Part shown: positions 42,844 through 53,395 of the stretch, piece after piece
Layout: every line of letters starts with the position of its first letter
How positions within the stretch are numbered: position 1 is the first letter of the stretch
NCBI GenBank assembly: GCA_963806185.1
Contig: CAWDXE010000001.1
Location: forward strand, 832,001-896,000
Reading direction: 5' to 3'
Source: an uncultured candidate division Zixibacteria bacterium
GTDB taxonomy: Bacteria; Zixibacteria; MSB-5A5; GN15; FEB-12
Length of the DNA: 64,000 nucleotides
The notes under the pieces: model-generated
What the model saw: the letters and a program-made list of their open reading frames with translations, nothing else
Told to the model about the DNA's origin: nothing
Database searches by the model: none
Translations under genes and position numbers: made by a program

Positions 42844-42845
42844 AA

Positions 42846-44276
42846 TCAGTGTCCCCCGCCGCCACTGGGACGTTGTCCGCTACTGCCGCCGCGCTGTTGT
42901 CCACCACCGCCAAAGCGGGGCATAAACGGATTCGTGCCTTGAACCGCGGCGGTAGCGGCTGACGTACTGGCGCCAACGATGACTTGATCGCCTTCGCCGA
43001 GCTCATCGGTAATCAACTCGACATACCTTGCGCTCTGAACGCCGCGGAAAGCAGTAACCGAGTGAGGCAGGCCGGCGGAATCGAGTACCCAGAGCGTAAC
43101 ACGCATCTTCTTATCCTGGGCGCCGATTGTAGAGTCGAATGGCTGTGGGCGCATGGGCATGTTGCTGTCAGGTACGCCCGCCAAGGCACCGGACTGCATC
43201 CGGCGCGGGCGACTCTCCATCCGGCGGCCGCCGGCACTGTCGGATGGCGATCGATTCTGAGCAAACTGGCGATTGGCCGAGTCGGAAGGATTAGGGGTCG
43301 TGCCCGGGCGGTTACCGTTACCATTGCCGTTGCCGCCGGCAAATTGCCCGGCCGTAAAGCCTTCAGGAGTGAACCGAATAGCCTGTACCGGCGCGCGAAG
43401 GACATTCTCCCGCTTCGCCGTTTCTATGGTCACCGTGGCCGTCATGCCGGGCATGAGTTTCTGCTCGGGGTTCTCGACGTCAATGATGACCACGTACGTC
43501 ACCACATTCTGGCTGGTTATGGGTTGCAGACGTACCTGGCTCAGCACACCCGAAAAGACGTCGTCGGGATACGCATCGACCCGGAACGTGACCGGCATGC
43601 CAACCTTGACGGTCCCGATGTCAGCCTCATCGACACTGGCCTCCACGCGCATCTTGGTAAGGTCGTTGGCGATGGTATAGAGCGTCGGCGCCGAAAGCGA
43701 GGCGGCCACCGTCTGGCCGACGTCGACACTGCGGGAAATCACCACACCGCTTATAGGAGCGGTGATGGTGGCGTATTTTAGATTCACCTGCGCACGCTGC
43801 AAGGCGGCCTCGGCCTGACGCAGCGATGCTTTGGCGGTTTCAAGAGACGTGGTGACGCCATCCAGATCGGCCTGTGATACCATTTGTCGGGCAAACAGGC
43901 CAGTGGTACGGTCGAAATTGCGCTGGGCTTCGTTCATCTGCGCCCGGGCGCGGTCAACGTTGGCCTGCTGTTCACCCACGGACGCCTGCAGAAAAGTAGG
44001 GTCGAGCTGGGCGATGAGCTGGCCTTCTTTCACCTTGTCGTTGAAATCAGCATACAGTTTGGCGATGGTGCCGGAGACCTGCGAGCCAACCTGAACGGTG
44101 GTAACCGCTTCCAGTGTCCCTGTAGCGGAGATGGAGGTTTCCACGGTGCCCCGGTCGATAGCCTCAGTACGGTAGACGACTGCTTCGGCGGTGCCACGGA
44201 AGAAGAAGAACCAGACAGCCAGGGCGGCAAGCGCCACCAAGCCTGTAATCCAAGTGATTATCGAGCGTCGTTTCAT
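42846..44276 (-). CDS. MacA-like periplasmic adaptor subunit
   Basis: VQVGSQVSG, coiled-coil hairpin, GQTVAASL.APTL, VDEADIG and L.PGMTA. Confidence 0.92.
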   Translation of the reverse strand: MKRRSIITWITGLVALAALAVWFFFFRGTAEAVVYRTEAIDRGTVETSISATGTLEAVTTVQVGSQVSGTIAKLYADFNDKVKEGQLIAQLDPTFLQASVGEQQANVDRARAQMNEAQRNFDRTTGLFARQMVSQADLDGVTTSLETAKASLRQAEAALQRAQVNLKYATITAPISGVVISRSVDVGQTVAASLSAPTLYTIANDLTKMRVEASVDEADIGTVKVGMPVTFRVDAYPDDVFSGVLSQVRLQPITSQNVVTYVVIIDVENPEQKLMPGMTATVTIETAKRENVLRAPVQAIRFTPEGFTAGQFAGGNGNGNGNRPGTTPNPSDSANRQFAQNRSPSDSAGGRRMESRPRRMQSGALAGVPDSNMPMRPQPFDSTIGAQDKKMRVTLWVLDSAGLPHSVTAFRGVQSARYVELITDELGEGDQVIVGASTSAATAAVQGTNPFMPRFGGGGQQRGGSSGQRPSGGGGH

Positions 44277-44564
44277 TTGCTGCTTTCCACAATTTCTGAC
44301 TTTTCAGTCAACTTAGCTCCCGGCAAAGTAGAGCCGGGAGCACTGGCTGTCAATGACAACCGGACCGGTTGTTTTGTCCCTCTGGCAGGCCGGTGTCCTG
44401 GGCCGGTCACGAGGCGCATGGCAGCCAATTCATATGCTCTAGATTAGACAGCGCAATGGGCAAATGGATTACCGGATAATGCGAAAAAGTTGGGGTATTG
44501 GGGTGCCGATATCAGGCGGCGCGGCGAACCGGGCCGCGCCGTCCTTTCTTTCCGGCTTGCCTCC

Positions 44565-46383
44565 TCACAGTCCGGAAATACGCATGCTCGACGGGAAACT
44601 GACCTGGATGGGAACTGAAAGGGAGTCAGTTTGCCCGGGAGCGAGGGTAATCGTCCAGACCGCCCGACCCTGGTAGTCGATTTGCGGCTTGGGGATATTG
44701 TCGGAGTCGAGGCGGACCTTGATGCGATCGTCCTGAGACAATGACAACGGCTCTTCAAGCTGGATGGTGCTGGTGAAATTGGAGTGGTTTTTCAATGTGA
44801 ATCGCACCATCTGGTCGACTTTGGTTTCGCTCTTCTCGCGATCGCGGGTAACGTTGGTCTGCTTGCGTTCTACCGAGACGCGATTCTCGCGACCGAAGGG
44901 CAGTTCAAATTCGGCATTCTGCGGAATGAGGCGAATCAAGCTGCTGGCGCCGATATATTCGGTTCCGGTGAAGAGGGCGACGGGGCCGGAAAGCAGCGGC
45001 ACAACTGCCTGATTGGTGAGCGTAACAACGCGGTACGCACCTTCGAGCGCACGCGGTCGGGCGAGGATTTTGGTTTTGGCCTCAAGTTGCCAGTCGCCGA
45101 TGATGGTGCGTACCGGTTCCTGGCCGGATTTCACCGTTTCAGGGCGACGGGCTTTGAAGGTAACCGGCACGCCGGGAAGCAAACCAGGAGAATGTGCCCG
45201 AAACAAGCGCGAGATTCTCGCCGGCACGACCGACACCGCCGAGGGGATCGCCGATGGGGACGCCCTCAACCGTGTATGACATTTCGCCAGAGTTGCCGCC
45301 CCTGATGAAGACGCGGTCAGTTGATGTCGTCTGCACGCCTCCTACACTCTTGAGCATTTCGTCTACCGACTGGGCCGGGCGACGTTTGATGGATTCCTGC
45401 GCAATGGAAACTTGATTGGTGGTCGCAAATTTGTCGATGATGTCGCGTGTGCCGATTACGGTGATAGTTTTGCCAATGTCATTCGCCGGTTCGATGATCT
45501 TGAGCGAATAGGGTCGGTATTCTCCGGGGCCGACATTGCTGTTGGGGTTGGAGGTCGACAACACTAATTCAACGCTGTCCCACTGTTCGCCGGTCGATTG
45601 GCTGATGAGCGCGAAAGCTGTCATTTCGACGAGCTTTCCATCGGGAGATAGACGAGCGTCGTACGCCGGAGTCCAGGAGGCGCCGGCAATCATGTAGGAA
45701 ACGAGCACGGTGCAAGTTGAGGGAGCTTTTGCCTGCAGGTCGACGAAGATCGACCGGCCGACGTGGCGAATTTCATCGTATGCACGCGAAATCTGGCCGT
45801 CGCAAGCGGAAATCCGCTGGCCCAGATCACCCAGAGCGCGGTCTGATTCACGCAGCGAGTCGCCGACCTCGATCATGCGTTGGCCGACAAACCGAAAGGC
45901 GCCTTCCCACTGCGCGACGTTGAGCGCCCCTTCAGACATCTGTTGTCCAACAGCTTGTTGGGAGACTCCCTGAAATGAGGCTAACAATTCTTTTTGTGCC
46001 TGGAATGCGGCGCGATGGTCATTGATGAGATTGCGCTGCCTGATCAAGCTGTCGCGCAGTTTCGCGGCACCGCTGACGTCGCGACTAACCCGCTCGACGT
46101 AGTCCTTGGCCTCCTGCCGGAAGTTCACCATCGTGACACCGTTGTCACCCGGCACTTCGACACGGTAACTGCCGGGATCACTGTTTGTCGGCAGATTTTC
46201 GACAAGGACAGTCTGATTACCCGGCTGCAGATTCACCACCGCGGCTCGCACGACGCGAGCCATGTCCGCATACACGGTGACTTGTTTGATGGGAGCCCGG
46301 ACTGTTTGCTGGGCGGCCTGGATTCCGGACAACGGCGCGACCGCAATCAAGGCACCCACTACCCACCGATAATCGATACGCAT
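44565..46383 (-). CDS. DUF4140/DUF4139 (MuiA-like) secreted protein with an internal TonB-receptor plug-like domain; apparent frameshift (~45200)
   Basis: VTVY...ARV.R, coiled coil, ASWTPAYDARL and Q.TGE.W..V.L.LST; plug-like GVQT....FIRGG......VEGVPI; C-terminal LLSGPV.LF and FELPFG. Confidence 0.75.
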
Positions 46384-46557
46384 ATAACACCCTCCCGTGG
46401 TCGTCTGACCACACTGTGCGTTTTGGCGCGTATCTCTGGCACGTCGGCGCCATGTAGTGCGTGGGGAGTCTATGGATATGACGGCGGGGTGGTGCAGATT
46501 GTGCAAGGTGAGGTGAGGTGAGGTGAGGCGATGGCGTATGATTGGGCACTGGACACT

Positions 46558-46588
46558 GAGATTCTGGAGCCTGCGGCTCCAGAATGAC
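46558..46588 (-). repeat. Solo GTC-tagged hairpin
   Basis: GAGATTCTGGAGC-CTGCG-GCTCCAGAATGAC; same family as 38715, 51865 and the GIY-YIG flanks. Confidence 0.75.
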
Positions 46589-46747
46589 GATGGGGGGGCA
46601 CATGTACTCCATTAATAGTAACGGAGACAATAACCTTGACGATGTAATCCACTACCTGTACCTTGAAGATGAAGGTGAAAAAGGGAATATGTCGAACTGT
46701 GGGGCTGATAATTTGTCGATAGCAGTGAAAATCAATTGGATCGCTAT

Positions 46748-48502
46748 ATGATCGTCGACACCGCCAAACTGAAGCGGTTGTGGCGGTACCTGAAGCCGTA
46801 CTGGCATCTGGAGCTCGTCACGTTATTCGTCATGGCGGTCCTGGCCATGATCACGCTGGCACTTCCGCTCGCCCTGCAGTACATGGTCGATACGCTCATT
46901 CCGTCGCTGGCCGGCAAAGGGAGCAACGTCGACCTGACACCGGTGATTGTCTTTGGTCTGGTGCTGTGCGGTATCTACTTCGTCAACATACTGATATCCT
47001 GGTCGCGCGACTGGTTGGTGGTGACTGTTGGCGCGAATATCATCAAAGACATGCGGGCGCACTTCTTTGCGCATTTGCAGCAGCTGTCGCTGACCTTCCA
47101 CAAGGATCGGCAGATCGGCGAGACGATGTCGCGGCTGTTATCGGATGTCGGCCGGGTGCAGGATCTGCTCACCGAGACTCTCCTGATGACACTGACCAAC
47201 TTCTTCCTGTTGGCGGCAGTTATGGCCTACCTGCTGCATACCAATTGGCTGTTGACGTTGATAGCGGTGATTCCGGTGCCACTGACCGTGCTGGCCACCC
47301 ATAAATTCGGACAAAGGATGAACGTACTGGCGACATGGCACCAGCAGATATTGGCGAAGCTGTCGGCGAGACTTCAGGAGTCTCTGCTCTCGATCAAGAC
47401 GGTCAAGGCATTCGGGCAGGAGAAACGGGATCAGCAGGCGGTGGGGGTGGTGCTGACCGATCTGGTGACTGTGTCGCGCAAGGTAAGTGTGACGATGTCG
47501 GTGGCAACAAACATCATGCAGTTCGTGAATATGATCGGGCCGATCATCGTGCTGTCCTGGGGCGTTTACCTGGTGGCCACCGGCGGCATGAAGCTCGGTG
47601 AACTGATCGCCTTCTACGTGCTGTTGAGCTATCTGTACACGCCGATCAGCTCTCTGGCGGGGGTGGTGATGCAGGTGCAAACGTCGATGGCGTCCGTTGA
47701 TCGCGTATTCGAATATCTTGATATCCCGCCGACGGTGCAGGAGGATCCCAATCCGATCATTCTGACGGAAGCCAGAGGGGCGGTCGAATTGCGGCAGGTG
47801 ACATTCAGTTATGAGGGGTCGCCATTCCGCATTGACAAACTGTCACTCGCCGTGCAGCCCAAGGAGAAGGTGGCGATTGTCGGACCGTCCGGGTGCGGCA
47901 AGACAACTATCATCAATCTCGTCATGCGCTTCTTTGATCCCGAGAGCGGCGAGGTGCTGCTGGACGGGATCGATTTGCGCAAGATAGCGCTGACATCGCT
48001 ACGCCGGCAGGTGTCGCTGGTGGATCAGGAGCCATTGTTGTTTTCGATGTCGATTCGGGAGAATATCGCCTACGGAAAGCCCGAGGCAACACTGGATGAG
48101 ATTATTTCCGCGGCCAAGGTAGCGAACATTCACGATATGATCCTGGCACAGCCGGAAGGGTACGATACGGCGGTGGCGCAGCGAGGCTTGGGATTATCGG
48201 GTGGAGAACGCCAGCGGTTGTGCCTGGCGCGGGCGATATTGACCAATCCGGCGGTGCTGATACTGGATGAGGCGACGTCGGCGCTCGACTCGCAGTCGGA
48301 GCATCTGATTCAGCAAGCGCTGACGAAGATATTGAAAGACAAGACGGCGATTATCATTGCCCATAGATTGTCGACGGTGCAGCATGCAGACCGGATCGTG
48401 GCGCTGGAAAACGGAAAGATTATCGATATCGGGCGTCACGAGGAGTTGACGGCGCGGTGTGCGATGTATCGTGATCTGGCAGCGAAGCAGCTGCTGGTAT
48501 AA
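46748..48502 (+). CDS. ABC exporter, fused permease/ATPase (MsbA/MdlB-like)
   Basis: Six TM helices, GPSGCGKT, LSGGERQR, DEATSALD and AHRLST. Confidence 0.92.
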   Translation: MIVDTAKLKRLWRYLKPYWHLELVTLFVMAVLAMITLALPLALQYMVDTLIPSLAGKGSNVDLTPVIVFGLVLCGIYFVNILISWSRDWLVVTVGANIIKDMRAHFFAHLQQLSLTFHKDRQIGETMSRLLSDVGRVQDLLTETLLMTLTNFFLLAAVMAYLLHTNWLLTLIAVIPVPLTVLATHKFGQRMNVLATWHQQILAKLSARLQESLLSIKTVKAFGQEKRDQQAVGVVLTDLVTVSRKVSVTMSVATNIMQFVNMIGPIIVLSWGVYLVATGGMKLGELIAFYVLLSYLYTPISSLAGVVMQVQTSMASVDRVFEYLDIPPTVQEDPNPIILTEARGAVELRQVTFSYEGSPFRIDKLSLAVQPKEKVAIVGPSGCGKTTIINLVMRFFDPESGEVLLDGIDLRKIALTSLRRQVSLVDQEPLLFSMSIRENIAYGKPEATLDEIISAAKVANIHDMILAQPEGYDTAVAQRGLGLSGGERQRLCLARAILTNPAVLILDEATSALDSQSEHLIQQALTKILKDKTAIIIAHRLSTVQHADRIVALENGKIIDIGRHEELTARCAMYRDLAAKQLLV

Positions 48503-48521
48503 TCATCCAGCATTCGGGCCA

Positions 48522-50201
48522 TTAGGTCGTCGCGGTTTGCTTGCCTCCCCCCTTCCTCATCACCATCACCAACGCCCTAATCGCCAGGAACAGCGCCAGT
48601 GAAATCAGTAATGCGGCGGCGATACCGTTGATGATCGAGCCGGCAGTCGGTGTGCCGGTGGTCAGATCGGCGAGGCCAAGTTGAGTCAGCGACCAGAGAG
48701 TGATCGTCAGCACGAAAATCATCGGCAGCAACGTAAAGGCGATGCGCTGGCGCGCCTGATAGAGCCACATCGTGATGGCCAGCAGAGTCAACGCGGCCAG
48801 CAATTGATTGGCGGCGCCAAACAGTGTCCAGAAAAGACGCCAGCCGTTTTGATCTGATGTCAGGACGAAGAAGACCGGCAGCGCGATGGTCGCCAGCGTG
48901 CTGAGCCATCCCCATCCGATCCCCGGCTTGCCGATAAATTCCTGAATGATGTACCGTCCGAGACGCGCACAAACGTCGAGGGTGTCAAAGACGAAGGTCG
49001 AAAAGGCCATCGCGCCAAAGGTGATGGCGAACGGCAGGTTCTGTTCCCCAATGATCAACGTCAGAAAATGACCGATGCCGTTGCCATAGATGGTGGCCGG
49101 GTTCATCCCCTTCTGCTGATCGGGCGACAAGATCATGATCGTAACAAGGGCGATGAAAGCGACAAAACCCTCGGCCAGCATGGCGCCGTAGCCGACCTTG
49201 TGAATGTGCGATTCCTTTTCGATCTGCTTGGACGTCGTGCCGGAGCAGACCAGGCCATGGAAGCCGCTGCAGGCGCCGCAGGCGATCGTTACGAACAAGA
49301 ACGGGAAGAGACTGCCGGTCTTGCCGCCGATACTCCACGAGGTGAACATGGTCTGTTTGATTTCGTAGCCACCGGCGAAGATGCCGATGACGCCCAGTCC
49401 CAGCGCCAAAAAGAGAATGAAGCCGCCGAGATAGCCGCGCGGCTGAAGGATCAGCCAGGCCGGTGCGACGGAGGCGAGCGAGCAGTAGATCAGGATCAGC
49501 AGGCCCCACACGCGTATATCCATGATGAACGAATTGGCGATCAGGGTGCCGAGCCAGACGACACCCAGTGTCGCCGGGACGAAGATGATGGTGAGCAACC
49601 AGAGTGGCGGTTTGAGAAATCGCTGGACCAAACCCATGATCATCGAGAGCGCCAGATACATCGTGCCGGCTGCGGCGACGGCGCCACCGGGATGGAATTT
49701 GGTGACAATGCCCTGAAGTTCTTCAGGCGCGGTGACAAAACTGGCGGCGGTGATCTGCGTGAAGGCGACGATGACGTATATAAGGGTGATCCAGATGAAG
49801 AGCATCATGGCGGTGCCCGCTTTGTACCCCATGTGCTGGCGGACGATGTCGGCGATCGAGCGAGCGCCGTGCCGCACGGACGCGGTGAGGCTCGAGAAGT
49901 CGTGCACGGCGCCAATGAGGACGACACCAAAGCCGATCCAGAGCAGGCAGGGGAGCCAGCCGAAACTCTGACAGGCGAGGATGGGGCCGGCGATCGGGCC
50001 AGCGGCGGCGATGGCGGAGAAGTGCTGGGGAAAGAGGTAGTACCATTTGACCGGGACGAAGTCGAGGCCGTCGTTGATTGTGGTGGCGGGGGTCGGTTTG
50101 GAATCATCGAGCTTGAATTGGCGGGCGACCCAGCCGCCGTAGAGACGGTAAGCGAGCGCGAGGACGCCGAGAAAGAGAATGGCCAGAAGCGGTAGGCTCA
50201 T
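48522..50201 (-). CDS. cstA: Carbon starvation protein A family transporter
   Basis: HFSAIAAAGPIAGP, GAVHDF, LQPRGYL, FVTIACGACSGFHGL and FGAANQLLA. Confidence 0.92.
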   Translation of the reverse strand: MSLPLLAILFLGVLALAYRLYGGWVARQFKLDDSKPTPATTINDGLDFVPVKWYYLFPQHFSAIAAAGPIAGPILACQSFGWLPCLLWIGFGVVLIGAVHDFSSLTASVRHGARSIADIVRQHMGYKAGTAMMLFIWITLIYVIVAFTQITAASFVTAPEELQGIVTKFHPGGAVAAAGTMYLALSMIMGLVQRFLKPPLWLLTIIFVPATLGVVWLGTLIANSFIMDIRVWGLLILIYCSLASVAPAWLILQPRGYLGGFILFLALGLGVIGIFAGGYEIKQTMFTSWSIGGKTGSLFPFLFVTIACGACSGFHGLVCSGTTSKQIEKESHIHKVGYGAMLAEGFVAFIALVTIMILSPDQQKGMNPATIYGNGIGHFLTLIIGEQNLPFAITFGAMAFSTFVFDTLDVCARLGRYIIQEFIGKPGIGWGWLSTLATIALPVFFVLTSDQNGWRLFWTLFGAANQLLAALTLLAITMWLYQARQRIAFTLLPMIFVLTITLWSLTQLGLADLTTGTPTAGSIINGIAAALLISLALFLAIRALVMVMRKGGGKQTATT

Positions 50202-50323
50202 TTCCAACCTTCATCGAGAAAAGTTCAATGACAAGCTGATATAAAGTATGAGTTGCCGCGAGATGCGCAACAACAATCGCGACGCAAAATTCCGCGGATG
50301 CGGCGTGATGCGAGGGGAAATAC

Positions 50324-50356
50324 GAACGGACGGAGCCGCCGCGCTCCGTCCGTTTT
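50324..50356. terminator. Intrinsic terminator hairpin
   Basis: AACGGACGGAGC-CGCCGC-GCTCCGTCCGTT followed by TT. Confidence 0.7.
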
Positions 50357-50399
50357 CGTGTGCAGAAGTGACCGAGTTACGGTCACTATCCGAACAGGA

Positions 50400-51371
50400 T
50401 CAGATGGTGTTGTCCTTTTTCATGCGGCTGATCGCCAAATGTCCGGGTGTCGTTTCCACCGCTTTGACCTCGACGATCTCGCAGACGAAGAAGTCTTCCA
50501 GCGTGATTGTCTCGCCGCTGTAGCCAAGCAGTTCTGCATCAATGGCGACCGTGCCGGTATCGGTGCGGTTGAAGAAGGTGATGATGCGGTTGGCGTAATC
50601 AAGGCTGCCGATCATCCCCTTGAATTCCACTTCGGGAGTGGCAGCCTCGTTTTCATGATCGTTGTTTTCAACTTTCACGACGGCCGCGTAGATGGTGGTA
50701 GTGTTGACGGCAGTGCCCTCGACTTCAACCGTGTCGCCGACTTTCAAATCGGCAAAGGCGATCTGCTGTTTGCCTTCCAGGTCATCATTCCCCTGAGAGA
50801 GCGTGGTGCTCGCTTGTGAACGGCTGACATGGGCATAGAAGCGGGAGAGTGAGTCGGTGGTGATGGTCTCGGTGCGGGTGTCGACGGTGAAAGTGCCGGC
50901 GACAAAATCGATGCCATTGATTATGGCTTTGAATTCGACCTCATTTTCCGGACCGTGTTCCGCTTCGTTATGTACGCGTACACGGACGCGGTTGGCGAGC
51001 AGGCCGCTGCCGGCAAGGTCGCCGCGAACCTCGACCGAATCACCGGCGGCGATTTGATCGAGGGTGATGGGGGTTTCGTCACCGCTGTTCTTGAGCACGA
51101 CTTCGGCGTCGGCCGCAACCATAATCAGGACGGTGGAACCGACGAAGGTCATGGTGCGAGCTGCGGCTTCGAGTGTCTCCACCCGGCCGGCCAGTTCGTT
51201 GCTGGAAGCAGGAGAACCAGGGGAAGCAGGGCCGCCCGCTGTGAGGTTGCTGCTTTGTGCCGTCGCCTGCGAGCCGAGGGGATTATGCGTAGAATCAGAG
51301 CATCCGATCGCCAGCAAGCTGACGATTGAGATAGCCGCGGCGGCGGTCGTAAAGCGTAGTGCCCGTGTCAT
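50400..51371 (-). CDS. Lipoprotein with three DUF5666-like OB-fold repeats
   Basis: Lipobox AIGC; repeated G.I..ID...TF / L.VGD.VEV.G and EVEFKG motifs; RBS AGGAGG. Confidence 0.72.
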   Translation of the reverse strand: MTRALRFTTAAAAISIVSLLAIGCSDSTHNPLGSQATAQSSNLTAGGPASPGSPASSNELAGRVETLEAAARTMTFVGSTVLIMVAADAEVVLKNSGDETPITLDQIAAGDSVEVRGDLAGSGLLANRVRVRVHNEAEHGPENEVEFKAIINGIDFVAGTFTVDTRTETITTDSLSRFYAHVSRSQASTTLSQGNDDLEGKQQIAFADLKVGDTVEVEGTAVNTTTIYAAVVKVENNDHENEAATPEVEFKGMIGSLDYANRIITFFNRTDTGTVAIDAELLGYSGETITLEDFFVCEIVEVKAVETTPGHLAISRMKKDNTI

Positions 51372-51497
51372 GTGTGTCCTCCTGAGACTGGTGAGCGTTG
51401 TAGTCAATTCTCGTGTTGTCTACTACCAAGAGCCACGGAGTCGATGATTCGTGCAGGAAACCGACGGGAATTTCATGAGCAGAGGTCGGGATCCCCA

Positions 51498-51975
51498 CCA
51501 GCCCTCACCCCAGCCCTCCCGGAGCAAGAGGGGCTGCCGAGATATGCTAATACGGATGGAATCCGCCTACGATGTCATCGCGAGGCGCGTTGCGCGCCGT
51601 GGCGATCTTTCAGTCTTCCTTCACTCTTCCTAGTTGTCGGGCTTCTTGATCAATTGGAAAAGGAAGCCTGACCTACGAAGAAATGCGCCCCCACCAGCCC
51701 TCACCCCAACCCTCCCTAAAGGGAGAGGGAGAGAGAAGATAGCGTCAGGCCACACGCCGCTAAGAAGCGGCGCACGACCTGACGCAACGAACATGGGATG
51801 CACATCCCATGGATTCCGGACCGCTGGTCCGGAATGACAATGATGCAAAGGTTCTTCACTCTGAGATTCTGGACCAAGGGTCCAGAATGACAATGTAAGA
51901 AGCATGTTTTGGGTTGGCTCGCGCACGAGACGTGCGCCGGACAGAGAACCGGCCGGGTGGGTCCCGGCCGGTTCA
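51498..51975. repeat. Intergenic REP island ending in a terminator-like hairpin
   Basis: CCCTCACCCC..CCCTCCC elements at ~51498 and ~51695; GTC hairpins at 51574, 51806 and 51865; GTAG-type hairpins at ~51636 and ~51743; GAACCGGCCGGG..CCCGGCCGGTTC at ~51946. Confidence 0.88.
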
Positions 51976-51999
51976 GACAACACGAGGTGAACAGGTTGG

Positions 52000-53388
52000 T
52001 TAGTTCGTGCAATCGAGTGGCGCGAAGGTGACAAAGAGCTGATTGACCATGGCGGTGATGTCACCAATATCGATACCGGCCTGACCGTCAATGTCAGCCA
52101 TATCCGGATTCGGCAGAGGAAGAATCGAAATATACAGATGATCGACCAGAGCAGTGAGATCACCCATATCCGGGCCGGCACCGTCCTGATCGACGTCGCC
52201 ACAAATGATCCCCGCCTGCGACAATGCGGCCGCGACATTCACGACACCCGAGCCAAGTTTACCGGCATACAGCGGGTTCAGGCTGTCGACATTGACGGCG
52301 CTCAGCGTGATAGCGTCGAAAAGATCATTCCAGGTGATTTCCGGCTTTCGCGAAATAATCAGAGCTGCCTCGCCACTTACAAAGGGAGCGGCAAAGCTGG
52401 AGCCGTTCCACCAGGCGTAAGTCGAATCGAGAAACGGACCGTAGACGCTGGTACCGGGGGCGCAGACATCGAGCTTCTGATGATAGGTGGCGAAGGTGGA
52501 TTTGTGATCGGTTGAATCAACCGAGACAACGCCCAGCACATAGGAGTCAGTGGCGGGGAAGCGGTCGAGTTCAATGCCATCATTGCCGCCTGAAGCAATC
52601 ACCAGAACATTCTGATTGCGAGCGTATTCGATAGCGGCATCGACGGTGCCGTGTTTGTCACCCATGACCAGGCTGAGATTGATGACGCGGCAACTGTCGG
52701 CGACAGCCTGAAGAATGGCCTCGGCCACGGCGTATCCATTGCCGGTACCGGCGGTGTCAAGCACGCGATAGGCGTGGATTTCCGCCTGCGGAGCGACGAG
52801 ATGGATGATGCCGGCGACAAAGGTACCGTGGCCGCTGGCCCGACCGCCGGCCGTATCAGTTGGCGTCATGTCGCCGTCGACATAATCCTGCCCGGCGACG
52901 ATGGTACCCGAGAGAACGGGATGAGTGGGGTCGACACCGACATCGATGACAGCCACTCTAACATGGGCACCAGTCGAGACCTGTTGCGCCGGAGCCAGGG
53001 CAAGTTGAGTGGTTGCAGGCTGCTGGACGAAATCGGAGTTGGTGCCGTTGAGATCGATAAACGGCTGACTACCCTGCACCGGTTCGGGTGCGTCGGCAAG
53101 ATAATTCGGCGTGCAATAGATGATATTCGCATCACTGGTGATGAGTGTGGCGAGGCTATCAACATTGATACCCGGCTGTGTTTGCAGGAGATAGCCGTAA
53201 ATCTGCGGCAGATAGGAGACGGTGGTCGTGTGATAGATTGAGTTCACCTGATCGATGTATTGCGAGTCGGTCACGGCGCAAATGAGCTGATCTGGAACAA
53301 ACGCACCGGAGTCTTTGGCGTCGGCAGAGAGCGTCGCGACCATCAATACAAAGGCGAGTGTCATCGTATTTCTAAGGTGGCGCATCAT
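52000..53388 (-). CDS. Secreted S8 subtilase with a C-terminal dockerin-like pair
   Basis: Signal peptide; VAVIDVG, GHGTFVAG and GSSFAAPFVSG; CGDVDQDG..DMGDLTALVDHLY / ADIDG...IDIGDITAMVNQLF. Confidence 0.92.
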   Translation of the reverse strand: MMRHLRNTMTLAFVLMVATLSADAKDSGAFVPDQLICAVTDSQYIDQVNSIYHTTTVSYLPQIYGYLLQTQPGINVDSLATLITSDANIIYCTPNYLADAPEPVQGSQPFIDLNGTNSDFVQQPATTQLALAPAQQVSTGAHVRVAVIDVGVDPTHPVLSGTIVAGQDYVDGDMTPTDTAGGRASGHGTFVAGIIHLVAPQAEIHAYRVLDTAGTGNGYAVAEAILQAVADSCRVINLSLVMGDKHGTVDAAIEYARNQNVLVIASGGNDGIELDRFPATDSYVLGVVSVDSTDHKSTFATYHQKLDVCAPGTSVYGPFLDSTYAWWNGSSFAAPFVSGEAALIISRKPEITWNDLFDAITLSAVNVDSLNPLYAGKLGSGVVNVAAALSQAGIICGDVDQDGAGPDMGDLTALVDHLYISILPLPNPDMADIDGQAGIDIGDITAMVNQLFVTFAPLDCTN

Positions 53389-53395
53389 GTACCTC

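Noticed and set aside
46507..46529. (GGTGA)n pentamer repeat
   Set aside because: Only about four copies in an intergenic region, with no functional context.
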